This document shows positions 1 through 12,564 of a DNA stretch of 64,000 bases, one piece after another (position 1 is the first letter of the stretch; each line of letters begins with the position of its first letter). The notes under the pieces are model-generated. The model saw only the letters and a program-made list of their open reading frames with translations. It ran no database searches and was not told the DNA's origin. The stretch is taken from contig MQRK01211181.1 in the NCBI GenBank assembly GCA_001938485.1, forward strand, positions 26,033 to 90,032, given 5' to 3'. Made by a program: the position numbers and the translations under genes. The DNA comes from Girardia tigrina. Taxonomy: Eukaryota.

Positions 1-39
1 TTTTGTATTTATATACAGGTGAATTGATTATTAATTAGT

Positions 40-78
40 GACCTGAAGATGACGGTAGATCCGTCGAAATATATTGTC
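40..78 (+). ncRNA. Minimal type I hammerhead ribozyme (Penelope pLTR type)
   Basis: GAC-CTGAAGA-T-GACGG-tagat-CCGTC-GAAA-TATA-TT-GTC: intact core, 5-bp stem II, palindromic loop III, stem I GAC/GTC. Confidence 0.85.
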
Positions 79-1129
79 TTAAAATATATTTTTAAATGGA
101 TGACTTTGGTTATTTTATTTATGATATATTTTTTAATGTTTTTAAAATTTCTTTTTTTTAGATTTAGTTGAAAAATTTATATGAGTTTCCCAAAATCCTC
201 ACAATCCTCATGATCGTGATCAAGATATACGCAGGATATAGAGATTATTCATTAATTAATTATTATTAATGCAATTAGAATCGTCTTTACATCAGTCCTT
301 AATAACACTCTCGATTAATACTCTTTCTCAATTTATACTTTCTCAATTTACACGACGACATGAGATTGAACAAATAAATATAAAATTTAATTATCAAAAA
401 TATAATGATTTTTTATATTTTAAGAATATTTTTTTTATATTGCTGAATAATTTATTTAATCAAGACTCAAAAATTATAATTCTAAGCTAGAATCAGAAAC
501 GTTTTTATGGACAAATTTATTTAATTAATTATTAATTAAATAAAAATGGAAATATTAGTTGATTTTTCGAAAATAATTTGATACTTTCATCAAGATTCTC
601 ACTCATTTTCAAATTCTCTCCTTAATACTTTAACAACAATAAGAAATAAAAATTAATTAAAAATTAAACGAAAATTAATTAGAGTTTAAATGTCGTAAAA
701 TAAAGGATGATGTCGGAAAAGGAAAACAAACAAAATCATCCCAGTAATATAACAAGGGGAAAATTAATGTTTTAGATGTTTTTAAATGGGATTTCAGTTT
801 GTCTACGTTGTAATTAATTAAACAGACTTCGAATTGTTTATTTGAGGTAACTTGAAATTAAATTAAATATGTAAAAATAAAAATTTTACTTAATTAATCT
901 CACGATTTGACCTATATAACCTTAAATTGATATATGTGATAAACTTTACGTCCATCTGTTTTAAAGACGTCCTATCGGCTGTAGTATCATATTGGGAAAG
1001 GTTTAGGACCACAAAAATGGTATAATGTCTATTAACAACATAAATATGAGTTTTACAACATTTATTAATATAACAAGCGCATTCACTATTTGACATCTCT
1101 CTTGATCAATATATTTCTGAGTTCATACT

Positions 1130-1470
1130 AATTATTTTCAATAAATGAAAATATGTTAATAAAAATTATTAATTATAAAGAATCTAATTGGTTAAAATTA
1201 AATCTAAAAAATTTTTAAAAAAGAACATATTAAATTAATATATTAAAATTTTAAATTACATTAAAAGATAAATAATACATTCAAAAATTATTTTACATCT
1301 TTTTACTTTAAAATTAAATTAAATTATTTTTAATCAGTAGGAATCAAAGAAAATACCAATCATCCATCTGTGCAGGAGAGGCACAATCCGAATCAACATA
1401 CAACATGCACAATATCAACACACAATGTCAATACAACTATTTAATTTCATTGCGAAATTTCACAACATTT
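1130..1470. repeat. Dispersed repeat family copy (other copies 16080-16340 same strand; 7860-8010, 47220-47400 and 47850-47960 reverse)
   Basis: Shared blocks such as aattggttaaaatt.aatctaaa and ccatctg.g.aggagag.cacaatcc. Confidence 0.7.
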
Positions 1471-1559
1471 GAGAAAGAGAGATAAAGTTACTTAGATAAA
1501 AGGCTTTTTTATTAAATCCACTGTCGAATTGTGGCTTGATACTTTTGTAAAGTGTCGAT

Positions 1560-1900
1560 AGTGGTAAGTAGATTATATTATGTTCTTCAATGTCATCCAT
1601 GGGAACATGTGATTTATTTTTTTTCTTTGATCAGTTAATTGATTTTCAATTCATTGAAACACTAGAAAATTCCCTTTCACCTTCCATTCAATTATTTGAG
1701 ATTCCAAGTTTAAGAGTTATTCATGACTAATGCAATTCACAGCACTCGTATATTTTAAAATTTGTTTCATAAACACAATTTCCATGATAGTCTCATTCCA
1801 TTGCCTCCAAGAAGCCCTGATCTAAATTACATAGAAAATATTTCGCATTTACTTAAACATCATTTATCTAAACTGATTATCTTCATGAAAATTCTTTCAA
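1560..1900 (+). mobile_element. Tc1-like transposase remnant
   Basis: Translates to LPPRSPDLNYIENISHLLK at about 1801-1860; frameshifts and stops upstream. Confidence 0.7.
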
Positions 1901-1914
1901 TAAAATTGAAGAGG

Positions 1915-2150
1915 ATGATGTGAAGCATTGTTGATCAAATCCTTTGATCCTAAAATCAATGTGCAAACACCGTCCTCTTCAACTTTATTGAAAGTATTTT
2001 CATGATTTAAATGACATAATGATTACATAAAGATTGCTTTGATAAATAAACGCGAATTTATCATTCTTAATTCAGTCTGATGATGACGGTTGATCCGTCG
2101 AAATTAATCACAATAAATTCTGACGATCATTTATTGATTTTTAAAAATAA
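1915..2150 (+). mobile_element. Penelope-like element 3' end (GIY-YIG C-terminus plus pLTR)
   Basis: EALLIKSFDPKINVQ...LLKVFS* followed by a hammerhead; related sequence at 35640-35720. Confidence 0.7.
2075..2111 (+). ncRNA. Minimal type I hammerhead ribozyme
   Basis: GT-CTGATGA-T-GACGG-ttgat-CCGTC-GAAA-TTAA-TC-AC. Confidence 0.8.
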
Positions 2151-2749
2151 TTTGTCTTCATTTCGTAAATATTTATATTATCTTAACCTAAATATTTTTT
2201 ATGAACATGTTCTAAATGCTTCAGAAACCATTTAAACCAAAAATGGTTATCTTGGTAGTTATTAATAGTATATACCATTAAGACTCTGATAAATAAACAT
2301 TTCAATTATACAAAAATACACTATTGAATGTGTTGAAAATTAAAAAAAAACATATTGTCTAATGCATAAAAACAATAAAACAAGTTCCATTGTCTTTCCT
2401 CATTCATTAATTATTCTCTCTCTTTCACACGTAAATCCAACTTTATTTACAAACAAAAACAATCAATTACGGTTACTCTGAAACATTTGTTTCATCATAA
2501 ATATTCCTCATTTATAATAACTACAAATAAAAATTTCATTTGAAAACATTTCTAAAAAGGTTACAGCTCTAACTACAATAAAATATAAATTATTTTTTAA
2601 TAAAAAAAATTTCGCAAAAACCATTTTAAGTAATTATATTTATCGAATTCAAATTGTAACAGGTTTATATCATGATTTTTTATTTTCAGTAGTTGCCTTA
2701 GCCACGAAACTGTCTTTTATTTTTACTTAAATATTGAGGCAGAGATAAA

Positions 2750-3485
2750 CAGCGGTATACAAGAAAAGAAGTTTTAGCAAATGCTACCTAGTAAATACTA
2801 GTGCTGGGAAATGCTAAGATTCTTATATAAGAAAAGAATCTAGCCCTAGTATTGACTATCTAGCAATCACTTAAGCGTTGCAATGGCTCTTGACCAATCA
2901 AATATGCTTTTAAATTATTTAATTTTTAGCAACCTTTTTTTCCTTTGGTATTCCTTAAATGACAACATTGTTAATAAAAGTATTTTATAAAATTTGAATT
3001 TTATTAATTTTAAATAAAAATAAACTAGCTCTTTGAATTTTATGAAAAGGCTAGTTTTTATTTTAATAAACTTTGCATTTTAAATGTAATTAAAATAATA
3101 AATTTAAAAATGAAATATTATCGTGATAATCTTTAAATTCAATTGACACTTTGTCATGCAAATTTCTTGGGGCCCCTCATTTGATTTTAGGAAATTATTT
3201 GTAATTAAATCACATTTTCTAACTTCTCATTTCTTCAATATGAAAAATATTTAAAATCAAAGCATTCAAGAAATTCATCCTTTTGGTTACATGATTCATC
3301 TAGATAGCTTCAGAACTATGTAGCATTCAGCCTAGCATTTGCTAGATTAAATGTTAGCATTTTCTACATATTTTTTACTCATTTTCTTATCTTGCATAGG
3401 AATTGACCCCCAGCAATTGCTACTAGCATTTACTACCTAGCAAATGCCTTAAATTTAGGGTATTTTCTTTTCCTGTATCCCGCTG
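2750..3485. mobile_element. Non-autonomous DNA transposon (hAT-like MITE)
   Basis: TIRs CAGCGGTATACAAGAAAAGAA / TTCTTTTCCTGTATCCCGCTG; subterminal CTAGCA repeats; TSD not clean. Confidence 0.75.
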
Positions 3486-3699
3486 AAAGATAGTCAACTA
3501 AGCCATGACTAAGTGAACACCCTTCTAGTTTTCGAGACTCAAACCTCATACAATTGTAATCCTTTTTCGGACTGCTATTGTTTTATTTTGGACAACAGGA
3601 ATTCTAATGCAATATCAGCTGTAATTAAATTTACGTTTCGTCAACAATATTCTTCTATAATAAGGTAGAGTATTCAATTAATAAATTTCATTCAAATAA

Positions 3700-4273
3700 T
3701 CCACTCGGTGTCCGCTTGTGCTAATCCTGATCAGCCCAACGAGATACAACAACAACAATTACCATTCTAAAAAGTTGTACAAAACGAAGGGGTGGCTAAT
3801 CAGGCACCTCTACTATGATCATAAATTGGAGGAGACAGAAGAAATTGTAGAACCGACAATGACACCAGCGTAAACCAGTACAACAAATAACACAGAAGAA
3901 AGAAAAAAATGTAGAAAACCTCAACATTCCAGGCGACCAGATTCCATCCGTGACGGACCCCCGACTATCTCGACGGCGGTGGAGGAAACGATAGATACTG
4001 GAGAAACACATCTGACTTTTAGGATTGCAGATTTAAATGCAAGGGGAGAGTTCAGATGTCCCTTTCGCAGCTGTACGAAGTCCACGAATACAGCCAAAGG
4101 TATGCAGAACCATGGATATACAACCCATGGATGGTCGTTTCTCACAGGGAAGCCGAAAAGATCTATCCGACCCATTAGGAGGCCTATCGGGGGGCTGCTA
4201 GTGATTCTTTAGTTTGGGTGGACCCTCTAAAGAGCCTAGAGGCTCAATAACATTCGAAAGAGATAGGAGGCCC
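3700..4273 (+). mobile_element. 3' fragment of a C2H2 zinc-finger retroelement (probably RTE-like), copy 1
   Basis: KKLYKTKGWLIRHLYYDH and CPFRSCTKSTNTAKGMQNHGYTTH, stop at 4212, GC-rich structured tail; homologous to 11271-11820. Confidence 0.65.
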
Positions 4274-4446
4274 GCATCGGGGAGACAAATCGTCATCTCA
4301 AAACCAAAATTAGTGAGCACTTGCAAAATAGTCGATCAAGTAAGGTTCTTGATCATTGGTTATGTTGTAAGGATAGAACCTCATCCATTTCAAAAGATGA
4401 GTTTTCTGTTCTACGAAAGGGATTTGATTCATATTACGAACGATAG
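4274..4446 (+). mobile_element. Penelope-like GIY-YIG endonuclease fragment (distal half)
   Basis: IGETNRHLKTKISEHLQNSRSSKVLDHW...FDSYYER, collinear with the GIY-YIG at 34060-34312. Confidence 0.8.
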
Positions 4447-4724
4447 CTATATTATATTAATAGTTGTATTTGTTTTAGCGTGCTAGTTTCGAGTGTCATT
4501 GGTTTTTTGTTGATGATTTAAAGAAAGATTTGCGGTTCTTCAATTAACGCAATAAAAATACAACATTTTCGAAATTATCGCGTTTTCAATTTAAAAAGTT
4601 AAATTTGAAATATTATTTAAACAAAAAAGAAATTTAGAAAATATTCTAACGTGTTTTTATCACGAATAAATAATTTCAAAATTGTCTTTGAAAATTTGTT
4701 ATTTGGCTTTTGGCTTTAAATTGT

Positions 4725-5040
4725 GGAATTTCAGTCGTTGTATGACTATGATAGAAACACAACAGCCTCCCTAGCTGTCCATTTGTTTTATAAGTCTTGT
4801 TACGTTATATACATTTGAAAAGTTATGCGTCTTTTTCGGTTTACATCAACGTTGTTCTTTCTGTTCACGCGGGATATGCCCCCGCTTTATGGTCTTTCCT
4901 GATATGTCTATTTAGCTACATGTTCTCGGTAAAATCATTTTAGAATGCCTGTTTTGGAAATTGTAGAATATTCTGTCTCTCATTTACTAGTTTCGGTGAA
5001 TCAGTTTTTGTTCGATAGAACAGGAATAATATGATTTTCG
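4725..5040 (-). mobile_element. Decayed zinc-finger retroelement fragment (same family as 3700 and 43330)
   Basis: Minus strand gives LNRHIRKDH and LFKCI*RNKTYKTNGQLGR across frameshifts. Confidence 0.5.
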
Positions 5041-5509
5041 TACTATAAAACTTTTCATTATCGTCATAGAAATCACTCAACATTTAAGTAACAGTCTTAA
5101 GATTTAAATGATGATAAAAAGAAACAACCAAATATAATAAATATAAACTTCTAATAAAGTAAATTAAAATATATGAAATTTCCATAAAATTGCAGTAAAA
5201 TTAAAATGTTTGTAATTACAAATTTTCAATGGTAAAAAATGATATTTACAATCTCCAGATAAATTGTGATAATTTTTTTCTGAAGTTCAAATGAAATATA
5301 ATATTTTTTATCTTTTTATATTACGCACAAAAAACTTTTTTCTTTATGTTTGAATCTCCTGAAAAGTTAAAACATTTTTTCAAAGGAAATTCTCTGAACA
5401 TTTTTTGCTGTATAGAATACCGTTCTACACACAAATATTATTGTAAGGATGACTAATTATAAACAATCTATATTATATTAAATACATATTGATATTTATA
5501 TTTAAAAAG

Positions 5510-6106
5510 ATTCAGCACATATCATTGAACTCCGTTATTTGCTAACATATTACGAGGTTCTTCAGCCTCTTGATCTGAGTCACTGCTAATTTCGTCATCG
5601 GAATTAAGTACTTCCACAACATCAACACCCTCATCAATATCATCACCACTATCTTCACCAGAATCATCCTAGTTTATATTATTCAACCGTTGAAGAATCT
5701 CAAATATTTTGCTTGACATGCCTTAAATTAAATGAAATTCACGATTGCCGTATTAAATATTCAATTTAAACCTTTTTTTGTCAAAAAGGTCTATCATAAA
5801 TTAAAAGTTTTTTATCTTGAAACCTATGTATTTATAACAATTGAAAAATTTACATTATTCAGATTTTTACAAGTCTACAAACAGAAGCACTCACCTCGTT
5901 TTTATAAATGTTAACTTGAACTGATCATTGTATTCATAATGAATAAAAAAAATATATTTGAAAATCATTTATTGCTGAATAATTTTAATTCTGAGATAAA
6001 ATAATATAATAAATAATATTACTCCGACAGCAGCAATATATAATATAAGCATTAGAAAAAGAGGTAAAAATGACCCTACAATCTTTATAGGTAGTTTTTC
6101 TAGTGT
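5510..6106 (-). mobile_element. piggyBac-like element 5' end
   Basis: TTAA|CACTAGAAAAACTACC...GGTCATTTTTACC terminus; acidic N-terminus MSSKIFEILQRLNNIN*DDSGEDSGDD...NGVQ*. Confidence 0.65.
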
Positions 6107-7165
6107 TAAATTAGTTTCAAAAAGTAAGAATCAAAATATTAATTAGTTATCTTAAAAGAGAAACACAAAATCAACATACAACATTCGAACAGAGAATATC
6201 GAACATTCCAAACATTCTCACCTAGTGTATTATTGATTTCGATTAAAAAATATTCTTTTTAGTCTAAACTCGTGACTTGTAAGTTAGCTTGTAACTGGAC
6301 GGTTCAGTATCCATGGATTTTTGGGTCTGGATCCGTAACTTATTGTACTCACCTCCAGTTTTATCGCAGCATTGATGATTTATTGTCTTTTCATAAAATT
6401 GAAACAGTAGAAAATCTTACACTTGAGTAGTCATGGGTTAATAGTTCTCTCAGCCTTCATTTCTTTATGTTTATGAAAAAGAATTTAGAAAAATTGATCT
6501 GTTGTATAAAAATACTGTCATTGGTGATAGAAGGGGTTCAATGTTGACAAAATTAGAGTCGACGGGGGCTCAAAGAAAGAAGCCATTAAAGGTTACATAA
6601 ATGTTTCAACTCAAGAGATCTTACATTACTGAAAAGAAAACATTATATTATAAAGATAAATTAAATTATTTTAAACGAAGAATTTAATTTTTTTGAAAAA
6701 AGAAAAACAGCAAAAAGTTAATTAATTTTGATCACATTAAAATAAAATTGAAGCCATGAAGAACGTTGAGGAGAATACGTCTTGATGTAGATTTTAGTAC
6801 TTCGAACACAAATAATGAGTATCCCATATACAATTTAACATCATATTTAATAAATAATTAATAATTCATTTAATGACAAAACAATTATGCAACATTTATT
6901 TAATGGACGGATATTTATCAGTCTAAACAATGGCAATGATAATTGTTGTTCCGTTTTTTACCTCTGTAGCTTTTCTTTTGTTTATGTGATGGTAAAACAA
7001 TGTTTATATATGTTACTATAGACGTTAGACAACGTTGTCTCCTTTTCTATATAATCTGTTGGAAAAAATAATTAATTCCATCAGAAAATATAATAACATT
7101 AATAGTCCAAATTTTTCATCCAACAAATATCTAAACAAGTTTGATTTTCTAACTTCATTATGTTA

Positions 7166-7415
7166 TTGGGTTGAGGAATAAGTTCCTGCCGTTTTTTGAA
7201 AAATTAAAATTCTATTTTTTCACAAAAAAGTTACTAGAAATTAATCACAAATATAATCTCCGCCATTGTTCACGACTTCTTTCCAACGTTCAACGAGTTT
7301 TTCAAAGCCTCTTTTGTAGAAATCGCCCGGTCTTGACTCAAAAATTGATTGAAATCGATTGACTAAAAATTGATTAAAAATTCAAAAAACGGCGGGAACT
7401 TATTCCTCAACCTAA
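7166..7415. mobile_element. Mariner-derived MITE
   Basis: About 35-bp TIRs TTGGGTTGAGGAATAAGTTCC.GCCGTTTTTTGAA, TA TSD, internal minus-strand mariner C-terminus KLVERWKEVVNNGGDYI. Confidence 0.9.
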
Positions 7416-9147
7416 TAGCATTTTTATGTTGAAGACAATACGTTTAGACTTTATAATGAAAGCCCTTTAATATTTCCCTTATAAGTCGTGATTGTGTGGT
7501 TAAAACCCCAAGTCATTTTGCTGGAACAACTGTTATGAGGTATTGTTATTGAATGTAGAACTTTGTTTTTCAACACTTTGAAGACCGCATAAATAAAACT
7601 AGGGGTTAAATAATGTCTATCTTAAATTATTGCACTCTTTAAAATATTTAAAAAATAATAAACGTAATTTACAATAAAATGCCGGTCTGTATGTGAGAAA
7701 TACGATTTTACAATGTGCTGTTCAGAATGTTAATTATAAGTCCCATGAAACTTTGTTTTGATTGAATAAAATCGTTTGGAATACGAATGTTGAGTTGGGT
7801 ATTCCCTAAACAACCTCAATTCATAAACTTTTAAATCAAACTATATGCGAGGAATATTTTCAAATGATGTTTATTGTATATTGTGTTTGGTATGTTGTTT
7901 GTAGATTTGTGTTTCTGCACCCACATGGTAGATTGATTTTTTAATATTTTGAACCGTCGGATTATTCGAAAAAAATGAAATGTAAATAACTACTTTAGAA
8001 TTAAATTAATATATTTTAATCAATAAATTTATAATAATATTTTAATCAAAATATTTAAAAACGATTTGAAAGGTTTTTTTAAATATTTTAATACCCGATC
8101 GTAACGTAAAGATTAATTTAATATTAAATAAAGAATTAAAATGAATTAAAATAGTTGAGAAAATAATTTTTAAATATTTCCGTAAGGAATGATAATTTAA
8201 ATTTATTCGAAAAACTGGAGGTTTAGAAATAGAATTTTACTTTAAAAGCCGATTCTACTTGTGATGTCAATAAAAGTATTGGAAATCATGTAAGTGTTCT
8301 TAATACTATCAATTTGTCAAGAGTCTTCTGACAATAAATAAATTATGATAACAACAATTTAACGTATAATTCTTCATTTACATTGTAGAGTCCCTTAATA
8401 GTTTGAAACTTGCTGTTATCCATTTAAAATAAAACGACTAATTCCGGTTCTAAGATTTATTAATTATCCCAAAATATCATCAATCTCGAGTATTTAATGT
8501 GGAAAATAGTGATATTATAATGACTCACATTTTCAAAGCCTTTTCATTGGTTTACGCCATCAAACACACACATACTATCAACATACATTCTATATCAGAT
8601 GATTAAATCATATTATTGTATCATCACAACAGACGTTACATAATCAATTTAATCAGTAAGACACCATAATTATTACATACTTATTCTTAATTATTTTTGT
8701 TAATAACACTCAATAATTATTACATAACTATTCCCACTTATACTTACATTTGAGAATAATGCAGAGAATTAAGTCGAAATTTAATCAATAATTATTTTTG
8801 TAAAAATCTTTGTGACTTTTATTTTTTTTCATTTATGTATCAAAATCAATTTACTTTTTCTTATTATTTTATCTAATTATTTTATGACATTTTATATCTT
8901 CTTGCTGTATCTACTTTTTGTTCCATTTAGTCCAAGGTAAAATGAAGAAAGATTTTTTTATAATATGAATATAAAATTTTATATTATAATTATTATAATA
9001 ACTTTGCATAATAATATAATGTATATATAACACTTATTCAGGAACGAAAGATTCGGAATATCTTATAATTAATTTATTCATATATATTCTTTATTATACG
9101 ATTTCAAGAGAAACAATTAAAATAATAGAATTATTAAAAATTAATTA

Positions 9148-9564
9148 CCATGTTTTATGGTTATAAGGTACCACTGCTTACTTAAATTATTATTATAAAT
9201 TTTTATTATTTTAAATTATTATTAATTTTTTTTATTTATTAAATTTTTTTGGACCCTGAAATTTTATGTTTTTTTTTCTTAGGTGCCACTTTCTTCTAAG
9301 GTGCCATCTTATTATATGTTTTTATACTTTTTTTAAATTTTTTAATAAATTATTTTATAATGTTTTTAATAATGTTTTTTTATGCTTTTTTTAAAAATTT
9401 TATTTATTTATTTTTAATTTTCTAAAATTTTATTTTAAATTTTTGTTTCGTTTTACTAAAGTGCCACTTTTAAATAAGGTTCCACTGTTTACTAAGGTGC
9501 TTTCGGGGTAACATTTTGTCTTTTAAAATCTACTAAGGTGCCACCATATAACCATAAAACAGGG
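9148..9564. mobile_element. Tc1/pogo-type MITE
   Basis: TIRs CCATGTTTTATGGTTATA / TATAACCATAAAACAGGG, TA TSD, internal AAGGTGCCAC repeats. Confidence 0.8.
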
Positions 9565-10734
9565 TATGTTGATTCTTTAATTGCATATCCATTAAAAAGA
9601 AAGAAATTTTGATCTTATTTTTTTCTGAATCATAATATTTATTCTATATTTAATATTGTATTATTTCTTATTATTTTTTATTTAGCTTTAATTTTTCATT
9701 TTCATTGAGAAATTTAATAATTAAATAATTATAAAATTACGGACCGAAATCATAGAAAAATGTTGAAGTATTATTAAATTGTAAGAAATTAGAGAGAAAA
9801 GGATAAGAAAATTTTTTAAAAAGTATAATTTTAGTAAATCAAAACAAAAAATATAAATAAAATATAAATTTAAGTAAAATAAAGCTGTAAATATAACTGA
9901 AATGGAAATTTTGTTTAAATTTATTTATATAAAAAAACCTTTTTTAATTTGGAAGAATATATAAATATAATTAATAATTATTTTTTGATTTTTTACAAAA
10001 AAAACAACTAAATTTATTAATTTAATAATATTATATAAAAAGCTAATTATAAAATATCAAAAAAATAGAAAATCATTTGTTAAATCAGATTTAATTAATT
10101 TCAAAAAATATTTCCAATTAATTATGTTCGTCATAAAATAAAAGAAGAAATTTTATATCCACTTCTTTCAATTTGCGAAATATTTATTCTTGTTTTATTT
10201 AATTAAAATGGAAATTTTTATTATTAGATGAAACAGTAATTCGATAAATTCTCATATATTCTCAAGCTGATAAATTTAGAAAAAAATCAGTAAATTATTA
10301 ATATTTTTATTTATTTTTTTGATGAATATTTTATTTCACTTAATTAATAACATTTTGAATTATGATAGATGGGGTCTCCTTAAATTTGGTATTCATTAAA
10401 TTAATTAAAAAAATCATCTTTCGTAAAATTAATTTATTTTATGCCTAAAACTAATGATCATTATTTTGAGACCAATGTCGGGTTCATTAATAACTTGATT
10501 AGTTTCTATCATAATTATTCTTTACAACAGGATTAGTATAACGATGTCATTTTTTGTATAAGGGTAATGCAAAAGTCCCTTCCAAGGAGCAAAATAACAA
10601 AGCCAATTGAAATTTTTTTGAACCTTTGAATTTTATATTGTTTAAATCTTTAATACAAGGTAACATTTCCAAAATATAATTAGACTTCCCAAAAAAATGC
10701 TGAGTAACCCTTACCTAATTGGGGTGAATAAAAT

Positions 10735-10772
10735 GACCTGATGATGGGATTGTTATCCCGAAACGAGTTGTC
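10735..10772 (+). ncRNA. Minimal type I hammerhead ribozyme
   Basis: GAC-CTGATGA-T-GGGAT-tgtt-ATCCC-GAAA-CGAG-TT-GTC. Confidence 0.85.
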
Positions 10773-10799
10773 TTCTTTTAAAACATGTATTAGCGAGGT

Positions 10800-11906
10800 A
10801 TAAAAATAAGATGACAATTATGAAAGTATGGAACGATGGAATAAACATATCGTTTTCTCAAACGGTAATAGATAGATGTCATTGGTTTGTTTTCGAGAAT
10901 GGAATTGACTGATTAAAGAATATTTGAACCATGTTCTGCGATTTTAAAATTATCCAGAAAGACATCAGATAATGTCTATACACGATACCACAACATTGAG
11001 GTTATATTGAACAAACTATGTTCTCTAACAGGGGTTAAGAAAGGAACAAAGGAAGAAAACATTAATGAGTACAAAAAATAATCAGAATACTATATTCTAA
11101 TGGTTTTAAAGCATTTAGAAAAGTTTTTTCGAGAATACTGGTAGTGTTAAAGTGGTTTCAATGACATCCAAAGTTCAAAGCTTCATCTCGAATAAATCGG
11201 AAACGATTTCTGTAATGCAAGCTAATCTGTTTTATAAATAGAATTGTCACAAATGTAAAAACTCGTACATTGACATTAACAATTACCATTTCTATATACA
11301 CTGTGTAAAAAGTCATATAAAACGAAGAGATGGCTGACCAGAGACCTCAACTGGGATCATAAATTGGAGTGAACAGAAAAAAATGGAGAACCGACAATGA
11401 CACCAGTACAAACCACTACGACAAGTAACACAGAAAAAAAGAGTCGAAAAACTCTCAACATTCCAGGCAACCAGATTCCATCCGTAATGAACCCTCGACT
11501 ATCTTGATGGCGGGGAGGAAGTGATAGGTACTGAAGAAACACATCTGACTTTTAGGATTACAGATCTCACTGCAAGGAAAGAGTTCAGATGTCCCTTTTG
11601 CAGCTGCAGGAATTCCAAGAATATAGCCAAAGATGCGCAGAATCATGGATATAAAACCCATGGGTGGTCGTTTCTTACATGGAAGCCGAAAAGATGTTGG
11701 AGACCGAAACTATCCAACCCCGTAAGAGGCCTATCAGGGGACTGCTAGTAAATCTTTAGTTTGTCCTGAACCCCTAAAAAGCCTAGAGGCTCATCACCAT
11801 TCGAAAGAGATAGGAGGCCCACATCGGAGAGACAAATCTTCATCTCAAAACCCGGATTACTGAACATTTACAATCAAGTCCATCGAGTAAGTTTCTTGAT
11901 TACTGG
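10800..11906 (+). mobile_element. Penelope-like element remnant; GIY-YIG split by an insertion at 11271-11820
   Basis: VMQANLFYK*NCHKCKNSYI | IGETNLHLKTRITEH; preceded by a hammerhead. Confidence 0.75.
11271..11820 (+). mobile_element. 3' fragment of C2H2 zinc-finger retroelement, copy 2
   Basis: QLPFLYTLCKKSYKTKRWLTRDLNWDH and CPFCSCRNSKNIAKDAQNHGYKTH; flanked by ACAT on both sides. Confidence 0.7.
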
Positions 11907-12564
11907 TCGAGAAAATTAAAATTGATCGAACTTAAGCAAAATTAAGCACAAAAGAATGGGTTTAAAATAGAGTTAAACAGATTAAAAATTAAATTTAAAA
12001 ACTAAAGTTATTTTGATAAAATCAGGCGAGTGCAATAATCGTCAATGACTTTTACAGCAAATTGTTAAAAAAATTTTGCAATTTAAAAATCATAAAGTTA
12101 ATATTTGTTAAATACAAATGTGTAAATGTGTAATTTGTTATGTTGGTTGTTTAATTGTATTAAGTAAAGAATTTTAAGCGGAAACTCTGCACAAAGTTTT
12201 AAAATAAATTGATTTGGAATAAATGCTTTTATTTTCTGTAATTTAAGAATGCCGAAATTATCGAAAAATCTCAATATCACTCCGATTCACAATAACAACG
12301 AATTGAACAATTTAGGCGAAGGAATTTGTGTATATGTTACGAATTAATAATATATTTATAAAATTTATTGTAATTTTTTTGTTAAAATTTTTTTTAAAAT
12401 TGTAATTAATGTTGGTATCTGGAAAATTCGAAAAATGTAATTTGTTTAAATAATATGATTGTAAATTATAAAAGTTTGTATGTCGATTAAAAATAAACAG
12501 TTGTGATTGAACTTCGAGTTTTCAATTTTTGAATATAATTAGTAATTAAAATTAGCATTTTCTG

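Noticed and set aside
6270-6350. Twister-like GTTACAAGC on the minus strand
   Set aside because: Flanking P4/P2/P1 pairings could not be built.
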